Assembly: GCA_000182565.2 (NCBI GenBank)
Contig: KQ257474.1
DNA length: 39,180 nt
From: Spizellomyces punctatus DAOM BR117
Taxonomy: Eukaryota
Strand: one strand, 5' to 3'
Shown here: positions 35,424 through 39,180 of the stretch, piece by piece
How positions within the stretch are numbered: the stretch's first letter is position 1
Layout of the letters: each line of letters opens with the position of its first letter
Program-made: the position numbers and the translations under genes
The notes under the pieces: generated by a model
Told to the model about the DNA's origin: nothing
Databases searched by the model: none
Seen by the model: only the letters and a program-made list of their open reading frames with translations

Positions 35424-37828
35424 ATGGCCAAAAACCATAAGAAGAGCGCCTCTGGCGCTAAGCCGTCGGGCAATCCGTCCGTTCAGTTTGCCGACGAACC
35501 AGTGACCACCGACGCACGTTTTACCCGGGTCTATTCCGATCCTCGCTTCATAAAACCCCGCAAAGATGCCACTAAGGTTACAATTGATAGCCGATTCTCG
35601 AAGATGCTCAAGAGTGAGGAATTTGGAACTGGGATTGCGGCCCCGCGGGTTGACAAATACGGTAGGCCAACAAAGAAAACAGCCAGCAAGGATCTCGAGC
35701 GGTTCTACAAACTCGACGAAGAGGAGAAGGGGACAATTGATCAGGATAGCGAGAGTCTAAGTACCTCAGAAGTTGATGAATCTATGGAGGAAGAGTACAA
35801 TGCTGTTGTTGCTGGATATGATCTTGCGCGTGGCGAGGGATTGGTAGAGTCAGATTCAGATGATGATTCATATGAAGACATTGAAGCGGAGGATGGAGTT
35901 GAAGACGCTATTGAAGTGGGCCCTTACGCAGAGGAGAATGTTCCAACGGGCGACGAAACCTACAGGTTCGCCGTTGTAAACTTAGATTGGGACCACGTCA
36001 AGGCGAAAGACTTATTCAAAGTCTTTGATGCTTTCAAGCCGGCTCAAGGGGCCATAAAGTCCGTAAAAATCTACCCATCTGAGTTTGGCAAGGAAAGGCT
36101 GGAACGAGAAGCACGGGAAGGGCCTCCGGCCGACATTTTCGGATCTCCGGCAGGGGACGATGTACTGCAGCCATTGATTCGAGCGGAGGACGGAACTGAG
36201 GATTACGACAATATCAAGCTGCGCAAATACCAAATGGAAAGATTGAAGTACTATTATGCAGTGGTTGAATGTGACTCTGTGGAAACGGCACGAACTATTT
36301 ATAAAACTTGCGATGGCACCGAGTATGAGAAATCTGCGAATTTCTTTGACTTACGGTACATCCCGACTGGAATGGACTTTGACGATAGTCCAAGTGACGA
36401 GGCATATGACGTGCCAGCGGCATATCAACCAAAAGATTTCGTCACCCAAGCGCTGCAGCATTCCAATGTCAAACTTACTTGGGATGAAGATGACGACGAT
36501 CGTGTCCGAATCACGCGAAGGAAATTTACCAAAAACGACCTGCAAGATATGGATTTCAAAGCGTATCTGGCGTCCGCGTCTGAGGACGAGGAATCAGACG
36601 ACAACGCCCAATCCTTAAGGGCCAAGTATCAGGCTCTGCTGCAAGGGAATACAGATGGCAATCGTGATGCTTTTGGTAATAAGGAAACAGAAGAGGAATT
36701 GGAGATTACATTTGCGCCTGGGCTAAGTGAAAAGGCTGCAGCATTATTGGAGAAAAAGAAGGAGAGACAGGTAAGTTATAACCAGACACTAGGTATTTCG
36801 CTGATTGAAGCCCATCCTGATACATCGTTGCGCCAGGCGCAGAAGGACGAGACGGTATTTGAACAATACTTGCGTAAGCGAAAAGAGAAGCGGAAGGCCA
36901 AGAAAACTGCCCAAAAGGAGATGGATGATGGTAATTTAAGTAATTGATCTGCGTACATATAATAGTTCTGGCACTGACAACAGCACGGCTACCGCTACAG
37001 AGCCATTAGTGTCTTCGGGTGACGAAGAAATAGACATGGATGATCCATTCTTCAGTGAGGAGTTTGGTTCTGAATATCAACCGAAAGTGTCGGGTGCGTT
37101 CGGCGCTTGGTGTGATGATGCCACTTCCGTTAGCTTACGCTGTAATGTTCCAGACACAAGCGAAAGAAAGCAGACGAAGAAAGCACTCAAAAGCAGAAAA
37201 CCTAGTGCGGATGACGTGAAATCCAAGGCGGAGCTTGAATTGCTAATGTTGCAAGATGAGGGCGGACCTAACTCTCGACATTTTGACATGAAAGAAGTGA
37301 TAAAGGAAGAAAAAGGCCAAAAGAAGAAGAAGGGCCGTAAACCGAAGAAGGAACGTCGGGAGGGTGGTGTGCAGGATGGGTTTGAGATTGATATCAAGGA
37401 TCCCCGATTTGCGAGCGTGCTAGAAAGTCATCATTTTGCCATTGATCCCACTAATCCTCAGTAAGTTTTCTGTTAGCAATTCCGAATGCAGTGCTTAACC
37501 CGCCCAATTCTAGATTCAAGAAAACACAAGCCATGGAGAAAGTCTTGCAGGAGCGCCGCAAGCGCCGTGACATGAAGGAGGACGGTCAGACTATACCACA
37601 AAATAGAGCCCAGAAAGCGAAAAATGTATCTGAAGAGCAGACACGCCCGGGTTCATCAAATCTGTCGCTATTGGTGGAGTCGGTGAGTTTCCCGCTCGTC
37701 GTCATGGCTGAAGTTTTGGTTCTGCTTCATCTAATGTATGGTGATAGGTGAAACGAAAAAGCGCAGCTGCGATAGGTGATCGCAGTCTCAAAGGCAAAAG
37801 ACAGAAAGTAGCGCCAGTATCAAGTTGA
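35424..37828 (+). CDS. ESF1: Pre-rRNA processing protein Esf1 (NUC153; spliced)
   Basis: DARF..VYSDPRF; VDKYGR; RFAVVNLDWDHVKAKDLF; VKIYPSEFGKERL; LRKYQMERLKYYYAVVEC; DPRFASVLESHHFAIDPTNP. Confidence 0.96.
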
Positions 37829-37990
37829 TAGTAGAAACTCGGTAGTTTAGAGGGTTTATCTACTTCCTGTTGGATATGTCTCTCTTTTATGTACAGATAG
37901 CAAACAGGTTCCCATAGTGCACCAACCAGGCAGGAACGGAAAGCATTTCTGAACGTCCCTGGTCAGATTATAAAACAGTTGGACTTCAGA

Positions 37991-38473
37991 TCACAGATCG
38001 TCATCGTCCTCTTCGTCCTCCAGATCACCCCCGTCCCCAAACACATCATCTTCATCAATCTCCTCATGCCTTTGTTCCAAGTCGTCATCCTCGTGCAGAT
38101 TAGCTTCTTCCCTGGACTCGATATCACGAGTACCACCTCGACCCCGGGCTTCTTCATTCGCCTTCTTTTGGGCCTCCTCCGCTGAATCGAGCATTCTGAG
38201 TACACGTCCACGGGTTCGGCCAGCGAATGTATACCGGTTTGAAAGGTAACCCCACATGCGCGGCAGGCCAGATGACCTACTTTGATCTCTCGATCACTGC
38301 AAGACGTAGGGTGCCGTTGGATGAAGCATTATGCCACCTATTAGCGATGGTGAAAAAGATACTTACAGCTTAACGCCCACGGTACTCTCATGGCTGCAGT
38401 AGATGCATAAAACGTCTATCTAATGTCTGCTTAATCTTCTTTTGGGGTTTGCGGGCCGTCTTTCGCTTACCAT
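37991..38473 (-). CDS. ELF1: Transcription elongation factor Elf1 (zinc ribbon plus acidic tail), frameshifted as assembled
   Basis: GKRKTARKPQKKIKQTLD / CIYCSHESTVGVKL | DREIKVGHLACRACGVTFQTGIHSLAEPVDVYSE / LDSAEEA plus a D/E-rich tail. Needs three frame corrections (~38471, ~38408, ~38192). Confidence 0.85.
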
Positions 38474-38639
38474 GACAATGGCAACCTGCGAGACGATCTC
38501 AGAAAGCTTATTACAAGTATTGCACGGATTTTGAAAGCTCGGCACGATCATGTACATTCCAACACATTTCCAATGCATTGCCGAAATTCGGAACTTGGTT
38601 GGGCAGCAATATATAGGACGTGTGCAAAAGCGATATCCG

Positions 38640-39180
38640 TCAGGAATTATTCAATTTGGACTTCTTGGTAGTTTGCTCACACAACGTTCCTCCGTTTTGG
38701 ACTCGCCATCCTAACGGTTGAGTGGATGATTTTTCCGGCCCCAGATTTTCGCCGTCTTTCGTATGCGCATGCTTTCTTTTCACGAGTGATTGGACGGTTA
38801 TGGCATCTTTTGAAATAGGCTTCCGTTTTACAAAGTTTTGAAGGCTCATCACATTGAGGCCGGTGCCCGATCGGTCCACTGTTCCCGGCGGTTGTACATC
38901 GTTTCGAACAGAGATGTCCATGTGCTGGACCTTTAGTTCCCTATACATCTGATCCAGTTGTTCAGCAGAGTGCGCTGCGCTCTCCAGTGAGCCGAAGTCC
39001 AGTACGGACAGTTTGTGTTGAAATTCTATGAACTGTTTCGTATTTGGGCAGCTCGATGGAGTAGCGTAGGAGGCCCCGTGGTCACCCTTAGCCTTTTCCC
39101 CGAGATCAATTGCAAAAAGGCCAGAAACTCTACCAGCCCCACATTCTCCAGTTGTTTCTAGCAGTTGTCAAACTCGGATG
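38640..39180 (-). CDS. Probable Rtt109 (H3K56 acetyltransferase) C-terminal part, partial
   Basis: Open frame from ~39167: QLLETTGECGAGRVSGLFAID...LDFGSLESA...VQSLVKRK. Resembles the recalled Rtt109 ECxxGRxxGF, DF-helix and basic tail motifs. Confidence 0.5.

Noticed and set aside
1-39180. CRISPR arrays, operons, prophage, transposons, rRNA or tRNA
   Set aside because: Spliceosomal-intron eukaryotic DNA; no repeat-spacer arrays, transposase or RT ORFs, or structural RNA signatures recognised.

Overview
Gene-dense, intron-rich eukaryotic nuclear DNA, most likely from an early-diverging (chytrid-like) fungus. This is inferred from fungal-type Eaf1, Osh3 and probable Rtt109 occurring together with Aladin, RNF220, PDRG1 and a BRD7/9-like gene. 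About 21 protein genes, all spliced except SDHAF4 and the visible Rtt109-like fragment: NMT1 (3' end), AP-3 sigma, PDRG1, SDHAF4, PRCC, RNF220-like, GDSL esterase, arrestin-domain protein, DHFR, an RNR small-subunit homologue, eIF2B-beta, EAF1, 14-3-3, BRD7/9-like, SDH4, OSH3, an unannotated RG-repeat/VIM protein, Aladin, ESF1, ELF1 and a probable Rtt109 3' end. Top finding: an intact RNR-R2 homologue, head-to-head with DHFR, that has lost 4 of 6 iron ligands, the radical Tyr and the C-terminal electron-transfer Tyr but keeps the R1-docking tail FTIDADF. It is a candidate pseudoenzyme regulator of dNTP synthesis. Second: a 4-exon ~143-aa gene, not recovered intact by the ORF track, with an RG repeat and an exact p97/Cdc48 VIM motif. 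Frameshifts near both window ends (NMT1, ELF1) look like assembly errors. Exon boundaries were read by eye and family calls come from recalled motifs, not database searches.
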